DNA of 64,000 bases from Candidatus Latescibacterota bacterium (GTDB lineage: Bacteria; Latescibacterota; UBA2968; UBA8231). The stretch is taken from the NCBI GenBank assembly GCA_965243025.1, contig CBDETY010000003.1, positions 6,528,001 to 6,592,000 on the forward strand, written 5' to 3'. The notes beneath the pieces are model-generated. The model was not told where the DNA came from, made no database searches, and saw only the letters and a program-made list of their open reading frames with translations. The translations under genes were made by a program, and so were the position numbers. Below, piece by piece: positions 1 through 9,403 of this stretch (position 1 is its first letter; every line of letters begins with the position of its first letter).

Positions 1-357
1 GGCGACGGCATGCGCATGGGCATGGAGATCGTCGGCAGGGGCGGCATCATCGCGCTTCGGGGCGGGAGCCCGGACGCGGCGATGCTGTACCCCCACGGGA
101 CCTTCACGCCCGGCGATCCCGGCCAGCGCTGGGTGCCGCTGCTCGAGCCCGGGGACGGCTCGCTGGGGACGGGCAACCAGCTGGCGATCATCGACCTGAT
201 AGAGGCGGTCGAGAAGGACCGCAAGCCGGTCTCGGGCGCCTCGGACGCGGTCGCCGCCCTCGAGATGATCCTCGGGGCCTACGAGTCCCACATCACCGGG
301 GGGCGGGTGGCGATGCCGATGGCGAACCGCAGCCATCCCCTGGCGGGCTGGAAGTGA
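1..357 (+). CDS. Gfo/Idh/MocA-family oxidoreductase, C-terminal part (5' end outside window)
   Basis: C-terminus 'IIDLIEAVEKDRKPVSGASDAVAALEMILGAYES..TGGRV' typical of the family; stop overlaps next start (GTGA). Confidence 0.7.
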   Translation, partial: GDGMRMGMEIVGRGGIIALRGGSPDAAMLYPHGTFTPGDPGQRWVPLLEPGDGSLGTGNQLAIIDLIEAVEKDRKPVSGASDAVAALEMILGAYESHITGGRVAMPMANRSHPLAGWK

Positions 358-1811
358 CGATGCCGGGCGGCGCCGTCCCGCACGAGGTCATCCCCAGCTC
401 GAACCTGCCGCCGGTCTCGTACCGCGACCTGCCGGAAGCGCCTCCCTGGAAGAGGATGATCGGCCCGAGCCTGCTGCTGCTCGGGCTTTCGATCGGCAGC
501 GGCGAGTTCGTGCTGTGGCCCTACATCTCCTACAAGTTCGGCTTCGCCGTGTTCTGGGCCTGCATGGTCGGCATCACCACCCAGTACTTCATCAACATGG
601 AGATCGAGCGCTGGACCCTGGCGACCGGCGAGACCGCGATCACCGGGTTCTGCCGCCTCTGGAAGCACTGGGCCGGCATCTTCCTGCTGTGCAACATCGT
701 CCCCTGGGTGTGGCCCGGCTGGGCCTCCGGGGCGGCGACGATAATGACCTGGGAGCTGGGGGGCGGCGAGGGGGTGCGGGTCGCCTACTCGATCGCCAGC
801 CTGATCGCCGTCGGCCTGGCGCTGACCCTGGGCCCGGTGGTCTACAACACCGTCGAGAAGATCCAGATGGTTCTGATCGCCCTGATCTTCCTGGCGATGA
901 CCGCCCTGTTCTTCCTCGTCGTGAAGGCGACCCACGTCGCCGACATGGTTTCAGGCATCCTCAACGTCGGCCACGTTCCCGAGGGAATGGAGCTGCCCCT
1001 GCTGCTCGGCGCCATTGCCTTCGCCGGGGCCGGCGGGACGATGAACCTCGTGCAGAGCGCCTATGTGCGCGAGAAGGGGTACGCCATGGGCCGCTTCGCC
1101 GGTCGCCTGACGAGCCCGCTGACGGGAAGGGAGGAGGTCGTCGCCGGGGTCGGCTACCACTTCGAGGCGACCCCGGAAAACGCCCGCCGCTGGGGCGCCT
1201 GGTGGAAGGCGGCCAACAGGGAGCACCTGCTCAGCTTCTACGCGCTGTCGGTCATCTCGCTGATGATGCTGTCCCTCATCGCCTACGCGACGACCCGCGA
1301 ACTGCCGGAGCTCGCCAGCGGGATCGGCTTCATCCGCGTCGAGGGGGAGTTCATCGGCGAGCGCTACGGGGCCCTGTTCGAGCACGCCTTCCTGTGGATG
1401 GGAGTCGCCATCCTGCTGACCACGGAGCTGGGGCTGCTGGACGCCTGCGCCCGCATCTCGACCGACATCATCAAGGTGAACTGGCTGCGCGACAACGAGC
1501 GCTGGCCCGACAACCGGCTCTACTTCGTCCTGCTGTGGGGGCAGATCGCACTCGGCTGCATCATCATGCTGGCGGGCCTGGCGGTTCCCGGCTTCACCCA
1601 GCCGCTGGTGCTGCTCGTGCTCAGCGCCTCGCTGAACGGGGGGGTGATGCTGCTCTACTCGGTGCTGCTGCTGTGGATGAACAACCGCGTCCTCGGGGCG
1701 GGACTGAAGATGTCGGTGATCCGGTTCGGCGCCATCGTCTGGTCCTGCGCCTTCTTCGGGTACTTCACCATCATCACCCTGAACAACCAGCTGCCGAAGC
1801 TGTTCGACTGA
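354..1811 (+). CDS. Nramp/APC-like secondary transporter
   Basis: 485 aa, many hydrophobic segments, 'IGPSLLLLGLSIGSGEFVLWP' and 'EIERWTLATGE' motifs of Nramp-related family; no DPGN metal motif. Confidence 0.75.
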   Translation: MTMPGGAVPHEVIPSSNLPPVSYRDLPEAPPWKRMIGPSLLLLGLSIGSGEFVLWPYISYKFGFAVFWACMVGITTQYFINMEIERWTLATGETAITGFCRLWKHWAGIFLLCNIVPWVWPGWASGAATIMTWELGGGEGVRVAYSIASLIAVGLALTLGPVVYNTVEKIQMVLIALIFLAMTALFFLVVKATHVADMVSGILNVGHVPEGMELPLLLGAIAFAGAGGTMNLVQSAYVREKGYAMGRFAGRLTSPLTGREEVVAGVGYHFEATPENARRWGAWWKAANREHLLSFYALSVISLMMLSLIAYATTRELPELASGIGFIRVEGEFIGERYGALFEHAFLWMGVAILLTTELGLLDACARISTDIIKVNWLRDNERWPDNRLYFVLLWGQIALGCIIMLAGLAVPGFTQPLVLLVLSASLNGGVMLLYSVLLLWMNNRVLGAGLKMSVIRFGAIVWSCAFFGYFTIITLNNQLPKLFD

Positions 1812-1967
1812 GGCGCTCCCGGTGCTCCGGGAATGCGGGGGAGGCCGAACCTCGGCCGGATGCCGGGGGTTGACAGGCCCGGCCGCGTACCGGCTTTCCA
1901 AGACAGCGCCAGGACGGCGGAAGGCTGTTGTCGGGGCGTATCAGCGCGACCCCGAGCAACGGCATCT

Positions 1968-3290
1968 TCACCCGTTCACCCACGTCATCCGGCCAATGGA
2001 GCGTTCGAGATCCTTCAACCACTGTTCGGGCTCGATGGGAAGGGGAAGTTCCGGCGAGGAACAGGGACGTATCCTGCCGACTTCGAGCCGGGCTTGTCGT
2101 CGAGTGAGGGGACAATCGAGGCGCTCCAGGCGGGCGTCTTCCGGCAACTGCTGTTCCCAGTAACTCCGGTTCTCGACCCACGCCATCACTTCAGCGAGTC
2201 TTTCGGCGTCCCCGGGATGGGCAACGAGACGTGAAAAACCCGATATGATTTCTCTCGGGTCTTCCTGCGGATTCTTCAAAAGCCTTCCATAGGCATAGGT
2301 GTTGGAAATCTGCAGGCAGGGCAGGTAGAGATTCCCCATCACCCGGTCGATCCCTGTTCGTTGAAGCCGCTGCAGTATCTCCCGAATGTACCGGACTTCA
2401 CTATGGACGATCCCCCAGGAAGCCTGCCGGTAAGGATCGTCATCCATCGCGAAATGAGGCCATGCCTGCACGTCCCTTCCCGTCGACCGGAATGCCGCGA
2501 TCTCCCCTGCAGTCGGGAAGACGGGTGTTCGGGATTCCCCGCCATAAGAGGAAAAAGCCAGAGGTCGGTACAGATGATGGCAGGGTAGGCCGAGATGAGT
2601 GTTCTTCGGCATCCCGCTCAATCCCTCCATGACTTCACGGGAGCCGGCGATCTCCCGATCGTAGAACAGTTTCCACCCGGCTTCGTGGCGTACCTCGTTC
2701 CAGTATCCGATACTCCAGGTGTTGGCGTAGAGCCGGGCCCGGGAATTGAGCTGTTCGAGATACCCTGCAAGGGCCTGGACGTAGCGTAGAAAATCGGCGG
2801 GGGAACAGACCCCGCACCGACACCCGCCCCAATCCGCTGCGAACTCCTCGAAAAAATCAGCCTCCCGGTACGTCTTCATATACCATTTCTGCAGCTCGAC
2901 GGTCCTTTCAAAGTTCTCCGGAACCTGGGGACAGAGTTCCACCGCCCGGTCGTTCAACTGATGGCTCGGTTCCTCTCCATCGGGTACCGTGCTGACCACG
3001 GTGTTGGTCAGGATGTATCCGAGCTTCATCCCCAGGGAGTGAACCATCTCCAGAACCTTGAGCCGGTCTGATATCCTTCTCCTCTCCATCCAGGTCGAGG
3101 GAGTCCGGTTGAATTCCAACATCGTGGCAAATTCCACCGCATTGATTCCACAAGCATGGAGCCACCGGATCTCTTTCAGCCAGGACTCCTCGTCCCAGTA
3201 AAGCGGAGCGTGCCACGGGGGGTCTGCTGAAAAACCGTCGTGGAAATAGATTCCCCCAACGAGGAAGGGGACGGGGGGTTCCTTTGTCAC
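1968..3290 (-). CDS. Hypothetical protein, glycoside-hydrolase-like TIM barrel
   Basis: 440-aa ORF; 'WDEESWLKEIRWLHACGINAVEF' and 'ADWGGCRCGVC' resemble GH-type barrel motifs. Confidence 0.55.
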   Translation of the reverse strand: MTKEPPVPFLVGGIYFHDGFSADPPWHAPLYWDEESWLKEIRWLHACGINAVEFATMLEFNRTPSTWMERRRISDRLKVLEMVHSLGMKLGYILTNTVVSTVPDGEEPSHQLNDRAVELCPQVPENFERTVELQKWYMKTYREADFFEEFAADWGGCRCGVCSPADFLRYVQALAGYLEQLNSRARLYANTWSIGYWNEVRHEAGWKLFYDREIAGSREVMEGLSGMPKNTHLGLPCHHLYRPLAFSSYGGESRTPVFPTAGEIAAFRSTGRDVQAWPHFAMDDDPYRQASWGIVHSEVRYIREILQRLQRTGIDRVMGNLYLPCLQISNTYAYGRLLKNPQEDPREIISGFSRLVAHPGDAERLAEVMAWVENRSYWEQQLPEDARLERLDCPLTRRQARLEVGRIRPCSSPELPLPIEPEQWLKDLERSIGRMTWVNG

Positions 3291-3356
3291 GACCTCACCT
3301 CTGCCGGTTGCGGCAACAGTGCGATTACTGAAGTTCCGAGCGATTGCGCGAGAGGT

Positions 3357-4706
3357 TCACTGCCGGCTCTCCCCGGCAACCCCGCGCTTGCCGGCCCGTG
3401 CCGCGGCAAGGGCCTCGTCGAACTGCCTGCGAAGCCTGGAACCGGGTGCTGCAAGGGCTCGCCCCTCGGCAAAGGCGATCAGCGCTTCGTCAGTCCGCCC
3501 CGCCTTCTGCAGACCCGACCCGTATACGAGGTGGACGGAGGCGTTCGAGGGAGCTTCTGCAAGGGCGCGCCGGTAGTAGGTGAGCGCTTCGGCTCCGCGA
3601 TCGGTCAAGTCGAGAACACTGCCCATGTTGACCAATGCGGGAACGAAGGACGAGTCGGCCGCGACGGCGCGCTCGTAGAAGGCTGCGGCATCGCCGTAGC
3701 GCGAGCTCTCGCTGAGCCGGTTGCCGATTCGATGCAGCATGGGGGCGTCCGCGGGCGCCAGCTGGGCGGCGCGACTGAACTTGTTGAGCGCTTCGTCCCA
3801 ATATCCGTGGCGGGCGAAGAACTCGCCCAGCGCCAGGTGGTGAGCCGGATTCCCGGGAACGTCGAGAATGGAGGAGCGCAGCTTTCTCATCAACCTGGGA
3901 GCCTCGCTGGAAGCCTCGCCGCCGCCGATCTCCTGCAGGCGGCGGAAACGGGCCAGCGCCGAGTCGGCGAGCCCCTGCAGGGCTCCCCTTCGGGCCAGTA
4001 CGGACAAGCGGTACAGGGATTCTTCGAAACCGATGTCGAGACCGGCGGCTTTGCGGTACGCCTCGAGCGCCGCTTCGGGTTCGCCGACCGCTTCCAGGGC
4101 GCGGCCGAGTAAAAAGGCGTGTGTGGCATCGCCGGGAAAAAGGCGGCTCGCTTCCCGTACCGCCGCGACGGCTGCTTCCGGGCGCTCCGTCGCCAGGTAC
4201 AATTCCGACAGCCGGCGGTGTACGGAATGCCAGTCCGGCTTCAGCTCCAGGGCTCTCTTCAGAGTCGCCTCCGCCCGGCCGAACTGGCCGAGCCTGGAGT
4301 AAATGGCGCCCAGGTTCAGATGGATGGTCGCCGAGCCGGGTTCATGCCTGAGAGCCCTTTCGAGAGCCCTGGTAGCGGCCTGATACCGCCCTTGAGACGC
4401 TTCCGCCGAAGCCAGCAGGTTGTTCAGGTCGGCCGAGGTTGAATCCAGGGCAAGGCCGGCTGCCGCCGCCGCCGCGGCCTCGGGAAAGCGCCTGGCCTCC
4501 AGTAAACCTTTTGCCTCCCCCAGATACTGCTGCAGCTGCTCGCCCTTTTCCCGGTAACTGTTCCCGGAATCCTGCTCCGCCGGTTCGCACCCCGACGACA
4601 GGGCCCACACGGCCGCAGCGGCGGATGCCAATCCGGATCCGGGTCCCCGTCTCCAGCCGCGCCGCATCCGTCCCCGCCCTGCGGCATCCGGCCTGTGGAC
4701 CCTCAC
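3357..4706 (-). CDS. Tetratricopeptide-repeat protein, probably exported/lipoprotein
   Basis: Repeated TPR patterns (e.g. 'IHLNLGAIYSRLGQFGRAEATLKRALELKPD'); N-terminal hydrophobic stretch ending LSSGC. Confidence 0.85.
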   Translation of the reverse strand: MRVHRPDAAGRGRMRRGWRRGPGSGLASAAAAVWALSSGCEPAEQDSGNSYREKGEQLQQYLGEAKGLLEARRFPEAAAAAAAGLALDSTSADLNNLLASAEASQGRYQAATRALERALRHEPGSATIHLNLGAIYSRLGQFGRAEATLKRALELKPDWHSVHRRLSELYLATERPEAAVAAVREASRLFPGDATHAFLLGRALEAVGEPEAALEAYRKAAGLDIGFEESLYRLSVLARRGALQGLADSALARFRRLQEIGGGEASSEAPRLMRKLRSSILDVPGNPAHHLALGEFFARHGYWDEALNKFSRAAQLAPADAPMLHRIGNRLSESSRYGDAAAFYERAVAADSSFVPALVNMGSVLDLTDRGAEALTYYRRALAEAPSNASVHLVYGSGLQKAGRTDEALIAFAEGRALAAPGSRLRRQFDEALAAARAGKRGVAGESRQ

Positions 4707-6037
4707 GGGGTCAGCACCCGCAGCACGTCATCGATGATCGAAAGCGCCTCATCGATGTCGGCGCGGGTGTGCGCGGCCGAGATGCCGATATGGCTCACCG
4801 CCGGGATCCAGAGCCCGCGCCGGTAGGCTTCAACGAAGAGCCGATGGGCGAGCGCCACGTCCCGGCGCGCCGCGTCTCCATAGCTGAGGGGTTCCTCCTC
4901 GATGCCGAAAAGCAGGGTGAAGCGAGCCCCGAGCGCCTGGACACGCCCCTTGACCCCCCGGCGCGCCAGGCATTCGCGCAGGCCCCCGTAGAGGTACTCA
5001 CAGTCGGCCAGCAGCGTGGGATAGAAGTCCGGCTCAGTGATGACCTCGAGGAAGGCTCCGGTCGCCATGACCGGCAGCAGCTGCCCGACAAAGGTGCCCG
5101 AATGCACCACCGGGCCCAGGGGCAGGATCTGTTCCATGAGGTCGCGGCGCCCGCCGAAGGCGCTCATGGCGGTGCCCCCGCCCAGCGTTTTGCCGACGGT
5201 CGCGAGATCGGGCGTGACGCCGTAGAGACCCTGGATGCAGTCGGGACCGGTCTTGAAGGAGGAGAGGATCTCGTCGAAGATCAGCAGGACGCCGTAGCGG
5301 CGGGTGAGCTCGCGGAGGTGCTCGAGGTATCCGGGCAGGGGCAGGATGCCGCCGGCATTGTAGTTCACCGGTTCGAGGATTACTGCGGCGATCTCGTCGT
5401 GGTGCCTGGCCAGGGTCTGCTCGACGGCCTCGAAGTCGTTGAAAGGCAGCACGTGAACGAATTCCTTCATCACCTCCGGAAAGCCCGGCGACTCGACGTG
5501 CAGGTTGGGGAGCGCCTTGTCGAGGGGGGGGCTCATGTTGTACTGCAGGTATTCGTTGTACCCGTGGAAGTGTCCTTCGAACTTGACGATCCTGTCGCGC
5601 CCGGTAGCGGCGCGCGCGAGCTTGACCACGTGCCAGGTCGTTTCCGTTCCCGAGCCGCTGAGGCGCACCATGTCGAAGGCGGGGATGATCTCGCACAGCT
5701 TCCTGGCGGTGCGGATGTGCTCCTCGGTCTCGAGGGCGCACAGGTTCCCCATCTCGATCGCCTGCTGAAGAGCGGCGGAGATGCGCGGGTGGCCGTGGCC
5801 GAGGAGGGCGGCGCCGAAGGAGGTCTGGAAGTCGATGAACTCGCGGCCCTCGATATCCCAGATCCTGCTGCCCCGGGCGCGGCGCACGTAGAAGGGGTGG
5901 CCCATTTCCCGGTTCGCGCTCCGGCCGGGACCGCTGACGCCGCCAGGCAGGTAGCGCTGGCCGACTTCGTACAGCGTCCGGCTGTCGCGGGCGGGACTGT
6001 CAGGGGATCGGGCGGGGAATGTTGTCGGTGTGGTCAT
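4703..6037 (-). CDS. Class III PLP aminotransferase (glutamate-1-semialdehyde aminomutase-like)
   Basis: 'LPGGVSGP', 'SGSGTE', 'KFEGHFHG', 'ILEPV', 'LIFDEI', 'GKTLGGG' motifs. Confidence 0.9.
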   Translation of the reverse strand: MTTPTTFPARSPDSPARDSRTLYEVGQRYLPGGVSGPGRSANREMGHPFYVRRARGSRIWDIEGREFIDFQTSFGAALLGHGHPRISAALQQAIEMGNLCALETEEHIRTARKLCEIIPAFDMVRLSGSGTETTWHVVKLARAATGRDRIVKFEGHFHGYNEYLQYNMSPPLDKALPNLHVESPGFPEVMKEFVHVLPFNDFEAVEQTLARHHDEIAAVILEPVNYNAGGILPLPGYLEHLRELTRRYGVLLIFDEILSSFKTGPDCIQGLYGVTPDLATVGKTLGGGTAMSAFGGRRDLMEQILPLGPVVHSGTFVGQLLPVMATGAFLEVITEPDFYPTLLADCEYLYGGLRECLARRGVKGRVQALGARFTLLFGIEEEPLSYGDAARRDVALAHRLFVEAYRRGLWIPAVSHIGISAAHTRADIDEALSIIDDVLRVLTP

Positions 6038-6068
6038 GGCACTGCCTCCTCCGTGCGGCCAGGGTCGT

Positions 6069-7586
6069 TCACAGGAGCGCTGCTGCGTCGTTCACGGGAG
6101 CGCTGCCTGGTTGAGTGGCGCGGTCGGTTTCACGACCCGGTTTCCCGGCTGTCGCGGGAGCCGCGCCCAACGCTCGCCGCGCCGCTTTCCCGGCGGCCAC
6201 GAGCAGCTGATCGGAGCGGTGATGGTGCGCTGGGGGCAGGTGGTGGAGCTTGCGGGCGTGGGTGGGTTCCCGGCCGGACTCGGCCTGCGCCCGGGTGGTG
6301 CACAGGCGGCCGCTGTCGCCGTTGGCGTGGCTGATGACCAGAGCCGGCCCGGGCAGGTCGGCTTCGATCTGCCAGCCGCTCTCGCACATGACCTCCCCGG
6401 GCAGGCCGACCAGGTGGAGCTCCCCCAGCCGGAAGGCCTGAATCTCCATGCGCGGGATCGCCGGCAGCGGTCCTTGCGCTCCCGCGAGAACGGGGCGCCC
6501 CCGATCCGCGTCCGTCAGCGGCTGTCCCGCAAGGTCGGGGTGCCGGCGGAAGGCCGGGGCCCTGCCCCCCGTGGACAACGCCGCGAGCTGCCGGTCCCGG
6601 AACGCTTCGGTCGACGGAAGGGCCACCGTCACCGTCACCGCCGCCAGGTCGATGGCCGCGGTGCTCCGGGGCGTGCTCTCGACCGCCTTTACCGCAGCGG
6701 CCCCCAACTGCCGCCCGAAGCGGTGCGCGTCCGCCTTGGCGCCAGGGCGGAAGGCCTTCCCGTCGGGAGTGGTCAGACGCGGCTGCAGATCACCCGAGCA
6801 GCCTTGAGCGAAAAGAGCGAGGGTGCCGGGGCCGTCCGGCAGACCGGTACCCGAGGCGGGTCCGCCGCCGCAGGCCTCCTCGACGAAGGTCTGGGCAACG
6901 CCGGGGTAGTCGGGGCTGATCTCCAGGTTGTCCATGACCGTCGGCCGGCAACTGTAGGCAAACAGCACCGCCCGGGGCGGCGGCGCCGGCCGGTCGGTCG
7001 CCGGGGGCTTCGCGCCATCCAGGATCGTGACGACCCGCACCCGATGGTCGACCCGCCCGCCGGGGTTCGGACCGGGCCCGGTCCGGCCATCAGCGGGAAG
7101 GCGTCGGTTGACGGCAAAGCCGGCGGTGCTCTCGCCGCAGCCCAACCGCGCCGGCCGCATGACGCGGACCGCCATCGCCGCGGCGCCGGCCACGGCTCGT
7201 ACCATGGGATCGACGTAGTGCGGATCGATGTAGTGCGGATCGATGCCGTCGCCGGTGGCGGAGCCCCGGGCATCGCCCCGGGTGCCCCGGACGTGCGGAC
7301 CGGCGTGCGTGTGCGAGCAGGCCAGCATGACGCGGTCGCCGGGGATGTCGGCCGCTTCGGCGATGGCGGCGCGCATCGCCGCCGCGGTCGTCCGGTCCAG
7401 TCCGAACAGGTCGAGGGTTACCAGGCCGACCCGCGTGGCGCCGTCGCCGAGAACGAGGGCCTTGGCGTAAAGGTCACGGTGGACACCGATCGATGGTTCG
7501 CCGCGCGTGCAGCCCTGGAGGAAGCAGCCCACAGGCGGCGTGATGTTCACCGCCGCTGTTCCCGCCTGCAGGTCAGGCCCGCTCAT
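6069..7586 (-). CDS. Neutral/alkaline ceramidase-like protein, motif-degenerate paralog
   Basis: 'GTAAVNITPP', 'HRDLYAKALVL', 'CSHTHAGP', 'FAQGCSGD'; conserved CHP changed to CRP and GGYE lost relative to the adjacent paralog. Confidence 0.7.
   Translation of the reverse strand: MSGPDLQAGTAAVNITPPVGCFLQGCTRGEPSIGVHRDLYAKALVLGDGATRVGLVTLDLFGLDRTTAAAMRAAIAEAADIPGDRVMLACSHTHAGPHVRGTRGDARGSATGDGIDPHYIDPHYVDPMVRAVAGAAAMAVRVMRPARLGCGESTAGFAVNRRLPADGRTGPGPNPGGRVDHRVRVVTILDGAKPPATDRPAPPPRAVLFAYSCRPTVMDNLEISPDYPGVAQTFVEEACGGGPASGTGLPDGPGTLALFAQGCSGDLQPRLTTPDGKAFRPGAKADAHRFGRQLGAAAVKAVESTPRSTAAIDLAAVTVTVALPSTEAFRDRQLAALSTGGRAPAFRRHPDLAGQPLTDADRGRPVLAGAQGPLPAIPRMEIQAFRLGELHLVGLPGEVMCESGWQIEADLPGPALVISHANGDSGRLCTTRAQAESGREPTHARKLHHLPPAHHHRSDQLLVAAGKAARRALGAAPATAGKPGRETDRATQPGSAPVNDAAALL
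7207..7245. repeat. In-frame 15-bp tandem repeat (about 2.6 copies; IDPHY-IDPHY-VDP)
   Basis: ggatcgacgtagtgc / ggatcgatgtagtgc / ggatcgatg. Confidence 0.85.
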
Positions 7587-7607
7587 GCCGACACTTCCTG
7601 CCGGGGC

Positions 7608-9077
7608 TCACGCACCTGGCCCACCCGCCGCGGCCGGCTGCTCCTCGGGTTCCCGGTCGAACACCCGCGCCGCCACCTCCCGGCCGGCGCGCACCAGCCG
7701 GTGCTCGTTGGCAGGGTCGTACTGGGCGGGGTGCATGTACAGCATCCAGGAGAAGGCCGGCTCGTAGCCGCCGCCCTCGTACGAAGCCTGGGTGCAGAAG
7801 TAGCCGTGATTCCCGTTGGTGTAGCCGAGGACGAGAGATGGGCCGGGGATCGCCTGCTCGATCTGAAAACCGATCTCCGCGAAAGTCTCACCCGGAAGGC
7901 CGACGAGGCACAGGTCGCCGACCCGCAATGCCTGCACCTCGACCTCGATACCCTCGGGCAGCGGGCCCTCCTGCAGTCGCTCGAGGACGATTTCCGCCCA
8001 CATCTGGTCCCCGAACTGGCGCCCGGTGACATCGAGGTGGCCGCTGAGGTTGGCCGTATCTCCGGCAGCGGCGATCCGTTCGAGCTCGGCGCGCGTGGGG
8101 AGACGGGTATAAGGCAGGAGGAGCCGGGTACTGGCAACCCGCACGGGGCCCGCGGCGGCCGCGGCCGCGGTCTCCTCGCACACCTTGACCGCCTCGGCGC
8201 CGAGGATGCGGCCGAGCCTGTGCGCGTCCTGCTTGGTGCCGGCGCGAAAACGGCGGCCATCCTCGAAGGTCAGGTTGGGGCGGATATCGCCGCAGCACCC
8301 CTGTGCGAAGAGGGCGAGGGTGCCGGGGCCGTCGGGCAGGCCCGTGCCGGAGGTGGGTCCGCCGCCGTAGGCCTGCTCGACGAAGGCCTGGGCAACGCCG
8401 GGAAAGTCGGGGCTGATCTCCAGGTTTTCCTGCGCCATGATCGTCGGATGGCAGGTGAACTGCACGACGACCGCCTGCGGGGCCGGGGCGGGGCGTTCGC
8501 CGCCGTGGCTCTCATGGGCCGCCAGGTCGACGATCTTCAGCACGTTGACCCGGTGGTCGACGACCCCTTCGGGATTGGGGGCCAGCATCGTCCCTTCCGG
8601 GGTCGGCAGGCGGCGGCTGATGTTGAACTCCGCTTTTCCCACGCCGAAGCCGAGGGCGGCCGGGCGCCGCCGGCGGTCCGCCATGGCCACCAGACCGCCG
8701 ATCTTCTTGGCCAGCTCGCGGGCGAAGTCGAGGTCCGCGGGATTGCCCCAGGCCCGGCCCCACGGGTCGAGGCCGATTCCCTGGACGGTGGGGCCGCCGT
8801 GGCTGTGCGAGGCATTGATCAGCACGTGGGCGGCCGGAATGTCCGTCCAGCGCGAAACCTCGGCGCGCATCTCGGCAACGTGCCCCTGCTCCAGTCCGAT
8901 CAGGTCCGTGGTGACGAACGCCGCCTTGGCCGCGCCGTCGTCGAAGACGAGGGCCTTGGCGTAGATATCCAGGTGGATGCCGATCGACGGCTGACCGCGG
9001 GTGTAGCCTTGCAGGTAGTTCCCCACCGGTGCGGTGATATTGACGGCGGCAGCACCGATCTGAAGTGGTGAAGACAT
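7608..9077 (-). CDS. Neutral/alkaline ceramidase-like amidohydrolase
   Basis: ATG 9077 with AGGAGG RBS; 'SHSHGGP', 'NISRR', 'FTCHPT', 'FAQGCCGD', 'LPGETF', 'YEGGGYE'. Confidence 0.8.
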   Translation of the reverse strand: MSSPLQIGAAAVNITAPVGNYLQGYTRGQPSIGIHLDIYAKALVFDDGAAKAAFVTTDLIGLEQGHVAEMRAEVSRWTDIPAAHVLINASHSHGGPTVQGIGLDPWGRAWGNPADLDFARELAKKIGGLVAMADRRRRPAALGFGVGKAEFNISRRLPTPEGTMLAPNPEGVVDHRVNVLKIVDLAAHESHGGERPAPAPQAVVVQFTCHPTIMAQENLEISPDFPGVAQAFVEQAYGGGPTSGTGLPDGPGTLALFAQGCCGDIRPNLTFEDGRRFRAGTKQDAHRLGRILGAEAVKVCEETAAAAAAGPVRVASTRLLLPYTRLPTRAELERIAAAGDTANLSGHLDVTGRQFGDQMWAEIVLERLQEGPLPEGIEVEVQALRVGDLCLVGLPGETFAEIGFQIEQAIPGPSLVLGYTNGNHGYFCTQASYEGGGYEPAFSWMLYMHPAQYDPANEHRLVRAGREVAARVFDREPEEQPAAAGGPGA

Positions 9078-9184
9078 GTGATGCTGTTCCTCCTGTCGAG
9101 GCAGGGCACCGGTCACCCTGGCGGGGGGACGCATGAACTTGCCGCGCGCCGGCCCATGGAGTCGGGGAAAGCTGTCCCGGACTG

Positions 9185-9213
9185 GTTATAGCAACCCTTT
9201 GGGGGTCAGTCAA
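9185..9213 (-). promoter_or_regulatory. Sigma70-like promoter for the leftward operon
   Basis: Minus strand TTGACT-N17-TATAAC with extended -10 TG. Confidence 0.6.
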
Positions 9214-9322
9214 CAGGGGGGAGGCAGGCAAGGTGGCTGGAAGGTTGCACAAGTGGCCGCAGGGCGAAGATTCGCCGGGGTCGGGACTGGCACCAACACA
9301 GTTGCGAAATCCGAAAAACAGC

Positions 9323-9351
9323 TTGATGAGGGGGGGAGGGGTTTATATTTT
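9323..9351 (+). promoter_or_regulatory. Sigma70-like promoter for the CBM9-like gene
   Basis: TTGATG-N17-TATTTT about 50 bp upstream of the ATG. Confidence 0.45.
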
Positions 9352-9403
9352 GGCCGCCAAAATCTCCGGGAAGTGCGTTCATCTCTCACAAAGGAGAAAT
9401 CAG

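Noticed and set aside
4703-6037. Calling the aminotransferase hemL
   Set aside because: Diverged motifs and catabolic context; family-level call only
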